Positions 60,007 through 64,000 of a stretch of DNA of 64,000 nt are shown in pieces (the stretch's first letter is position 1; each line of letters starts with the position of its first letter). The notes under the pieces are model-generated. The model was not told the origin of the DNA. It saw only the letters and a program-made list of their open reading frames with translations, and made no database searches. Where the stretch lies: NCBI RefSeq assembly GCF_006345805.1, contig NC_043007.1, positions 16,678,001 to 16,742,000 of the forward strand. The letters are read 5' to 3'. Both the position numbers and the translations under genes were made by a program. Source of the stretch: Octopus sinensis (Eukaryota).

Positions 60007-60094
60007 ACATATATACACACATATATATACATATATATATATATATACATATATATATACACACACATATATAAACATATGTATATATATGTAT

Positions 60095-60129
<35 letters not shown>

Positions 60130-60179
60130 CATACATATATATATAAATATACATATATACACACACATACACACATATA

Positions 60180-60221
<42 letters not shown>

Positions 60222-60230
60222 ATATAGGCA
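59935..60230. repeat. (TA)n/(CA)n microsatellite
   Basis: Seen directly. Confidence 0.95.
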
Positions 60231-61189
60231 CAGGCATGGCTGTGTGGTAAGAAGTTGTTTTCTTCCCAACCCCATGGTTCCAGGTTCAATCCTACTAGTT
60301 CAACTAAAATTCTTCAAGGCCATGCTCTAGCATGGCTACAGTCTAGTAACTGAAACAAGTAAAAAAAAAACACAAGAATAAAAGACTGCACATGTATGTA
60401 AAAAAAAATTTGAAGTGATGCCAAAGTGGGACTTAATAGAATTCCCTATGAGAAAAGTCTACAGGTTTTTAGGTAACATGATACAGTAGGACACTTGGTA
60501 TTTCACTTGGCGTCTATGATTTCAAGCTTGGCAATGAGAATTGGATTACACAGCAAACTAAATTTAGAAACTAGAAAATTTCAGTTTAATGACTCAATAA
60601 ATAAGAATGAAAGGAAGTAGGAGAGGAAGTATGTATGGAGGTCTGTGCAAAATGTATATGATTATTTTCTATATGACATTGAAGTCACATGTAAATGGTT
60701 CCTTTCCCCAGAAAAGGAAAGATTTGGCTGCTATTTCTTGCATGCTCTGCTACCACGTAATAGGTATTTTGGGTCCTTTATCACAAATAGCTGTTACGTG
60801 GTAGGAGGGTGTGCTAGAAATAGCAGCCAAATCTTTGGAGGTCAGATACATTGAATGCACTTTTATGAAATATTTACCATATCTTTAAAGTTATTTTCAC
60901 TTTAAAATATTTTTTAAATATGCTAAAAGAAAAATTTTGTAATGGTATTCACTTGAAAATAATTTAAATTAACATTAAAATATTGTCTGTTTAAAGAAAG
61001 CTAAAATATAAATACTTTCTGTACAAACAACTTACATTTTTGAAATCACATTTGGTTTAAAATATTTATAAATTATTAAAATAGTGTTTAGAAAAAACAA
61101 AAATATAAACATTTACTATAAAAAACAAATCATATTTTTTGTTGCCAAGTCACTGAGTCTAATTGAAAGGTAAGAGTTTCTTCCCTTTC

Positions 61190-61410
61190 AGGATTAAGTT
61201 ATTTTCAGAGAATTTTCCCATTATGCACCATTTTGGGTATTTATACCCCGAAAACCCCTAATATCTCAATGACTAGCTGTCCGATTTATGCAAAACTTGT
61301 TTTACTTCATTTGTATTCACATTTCAGGAGCAACTTAATTCGTAGTTTTCCCATTAAGTGCCAGTTTGGGTGGGTAACATTGCAAGCAAACAAGCAAGAT
61401 TCAAGCTCAC
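61190..61410. mobile_element. Probable Helitron/Helentron-like non-autonomous fragment
   Basis: The internal motif atctcaatgactagctgtccgatttatgcaaaactt resembles rolling-circle element cores; termini not established. Confidence 0.3.
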
Positions 61411-61481
61411 TTCTAATGTATTATAAATACATACATACATACATATATACACACATACATACACACACACACACATATATA

Positions 61482-61604
<123 letters not shown>

Positions 61605-61676
61605 ATGAATTAACAGAATGAGATAAAAAATCCAAGACTGTGAATAGTTTTCAGAACTTTTATAAAGAGAAAGCCT

Positions 61677-62400
61677 TACAGGGTGCTAGAAACATATTAC
61701 CAAAGTTGAAGAAAATCTGTGGGGCAAGCCAGTGGTGAGATAGGAATTTAAAAATCAAGTATCTTCTGTATCTTTAAAGTACTGGCATTGGAATAGTTAC
61801 CTTCTAAGGATAGTCTTTGCTCCAATGAAGATGATCCAGCCCAAAGAGTGAAGTTTTGCAAGTGGTACTTGGCAAGATTTGCAGAAGACGAACACTTGCT
61901 AACGAAGGACTGTGTGAAATTATGAAGCTACATTTAAATTAAATGGCTCAGATAAGCACCACAACTGCACCTACTGGGGAAGTGAAAACCTGCATATTAT
62001 GCAGGAGCCATCATATTAATTTACCAAGAGTTACAGTATGGTGCAGTCAAAATTATTGATTAAACCATTCTTTTTTTGATGGTGCAGTGACTGGTCTTAT
62101 TTACTTGAACTTGTTGTGACAATCTGCCATGCCAAGTATTCAAGCAGACTTTGAAAATATGTAGTTTTATTTCCAGCAAGATGAGGCTTTCCCACACTAC
62201 CATAGTGATGTAAAGGCCTACATTGATGATATTTTGCCAAATATTGGAAGCATCTCATATATATATAAATGGTCACAAGTGGATCAATTGGATAATAAGA
62301 AAGATATGTTTTGAATGAAACCATTGATTTCCTTGTTAATCTGCAAATAAAGAATATTTATCCCCAAATGCAGAGTTGAGCACTAATTCTCACTGTTCAA
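61677..62400 (+). mobile_element. Decayed IS630-Tc1-mariner (Tc3/DD37D-like) transposase fragment
   Basis: TA|CAGGGTG start. Frameshifted remnants [52 protein letters not shown]. Confidence 0.75.
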
Positions 62401-62915
62401 TTTTAGCACGCACACTCATGGTGTATTTTATAAATATGCCTGTTCAAGTATCATAATAGCATGAAACTATTAGTAACTCTTTCGGTTCTGCATCTAATTT
62501 GATATGTGTATGTGTGTGTGTGTGTATGTAATACATTCATGAAACGATCATAAGATATTTTAAACTTTTAAACTTTTTAAATAATCATACATTATATATT
62601 TATACATGTATCTATTAATACAATATTATTTTGGACGTATATCTTCTGTGATGATTTTTTTAATGTAATTTTCCTGCTCTTATTTTATAATATATAATCA
62701 CTCTTATTAAATGTCTAAATACATTTAATGTCTTAGACATTTCCCTAACAATAGCACTTATTAGAAATTCAGTATATTGTATTCTTATTGAATATATTTG
62801 ATTAACGATATATATATATATATATATAAAATTTAATAAGGGTAGAAATTGATATTAATAAATTAAAACCAGTGGCCCAGCATATTAAAAAATCCGAAGA
62901 TTAAAATATTTTTAC

Positions 62916-63115
62916 ATACAAAATTTAAAGGACTGACCACTAAAATTGGATGGTCAATATGCTAGATATAGACGTCAAATCGCTATTTTCCACAAAGAAT
63001 ATGTTCTCAAATGTTTATTTGAGAATATATTCTTTGTGGAAAATAGCGATTTGACGTCTATATCTAGCATGTTGACCGTCCACTTTTTGAGTGGTCAGTC
63101 CTTTAAATTTTGTAT
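62916..63115. repeat. Near-perfect 200-bp palindrome
   Basis: Arms of about 97 bp around a 4-nt loop gttt (63013-63016). Confidence 0.95.
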
Positions 63116-63129
63116 ATATATATATATAG

Positions 63130-63605
63130 ATGACAAGTGACCGAGACCTTTGGAGATATGATGTGCTTGAGAAGACCTGGCAAGCCAAGTGAGACCGTAA
63201 CTGTGGCCTATGCCAGTGCAGCATAACCAGCTCACTTAAGAGTACTCTTCAATCATTGGGCAATAAACTGCAGTTGCGAAGACCTGTTGAGTCAAGTGAA
63301 GTCATTGTCATGGCTGATGACAGTACCGCCTGATTGGCACCCATGCCGGTGGCACGTGCAAAGCACCATTTGAGCATGGTCAATGCCAGTGTCAGCCAAC
63401 TGGTCCTGTGCCGGTGACACATAAAAAGCACCATTCAAGCATGTTTGATGCCTGTACCACCTGACTCTCCCTTGTGCTGGTGGCATGTAAAAAGCACCCA
63501 CTACACTCTCGGTGTGGTTGGTGTTAGGAAGGGCATCCAGCTGTAGAAACTTTGCCAGACCAGATTGGAAAGCAGCCTTTAAACAACAACGATGATGATG
63601 ATGAT
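63130..63605 (+). mobile_element. RTE-LINE 3' end including ORF terminus (different subfamily)
   Basis: MTSDRDLWRYDVLEKTWQAK*, tandem gtggcacgtaaaaagcacc units, ggaagggcatccagctgtagaaac, (GAT)n tail. Confidence 0.85.
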
Positions 63606-64000
63606 ATATATATATATAAATATATATATATATAAGAATATGGTGGGGTTTGGTTCATTGGTGACCTAAACAAATTGATATGCACAGTAAGTGCTATAAT
63701 TGGTCATCCGTTAGGTTCCAAGTTCACTGCTGAGACTGGAGCTAGGGATCTTCTAATATGTATATATATTTGTGCGTGTGTGATTGTGTGCGTGCATGTG
63801 TGTGTGTGTATGCAGCTAAGTCTTTGACATAATATGATGGCTAAAAACTAGTCTTCCATGAAACACATGTCTGGCCATTGGAAATATCTTGCTTGAAAGC
63901 AAGTGAGGGTTAGTGACAGGAAGAGCATCTAGCCATAGAAAACCTGCCTCAACAAACTCCACCTAACCCATGCAAGCATGGAAAATTGGACGTTAAAACA

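Overview
AT-rich, repeat-dense animal genomic DNA. The SINE, RTE and microsatellite landscape suggests an octopod cephalopod; this is an inference, not a database result. Two host genes converge across a roughly 33 kb repeat-filled gap. (1) On +, the last 8 coding exons (2175-22918) of the splicing regulator CLASRP/SFRS16, with all GT-AG junctions and reading phases checked by hand. (2) On -, two internal exons (58656-58324 and 56510-56341) of a TREK/TALK-like two-pore-domain K+ channel; its 5' exons lie beyond the window and its terminal exon is unresolved. The rest is an intronless RPL9 pseudogene, decayed mariner/Tc1 transposons, Helitrons, piggyBac-type and Tc2-type MITEs, a solo LTR, many RTE-LINE 3' ends, several tRNA-derived SINE families and microsatellites. 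Most ORFs in the supplied track are repeat or microsatellite artefacts. Most interesting observations: a 27-unit, indel-free 15-bp array open on both strands whose minus frame resembles a pentapeptide-repeat protein (51913-52317); a Penelope-type minimal hammerhead-ribozyme motif with a core variant (56860-56897) inside a four-level TE nest in the channel intron; a series of about 200-bp fold-back palindromes of unrelated sequence and different ages tied to (TA)n tracts, including apparently nascent ones; and a candidate poison exon plus a tandem donor in CLASRP. All coordinates were counted by eye; repeat boundaries are approximate (+/-10-20 nt). No prokaryotic operon, CRISPR array, rRNA or bona fide tRNA gene was found.
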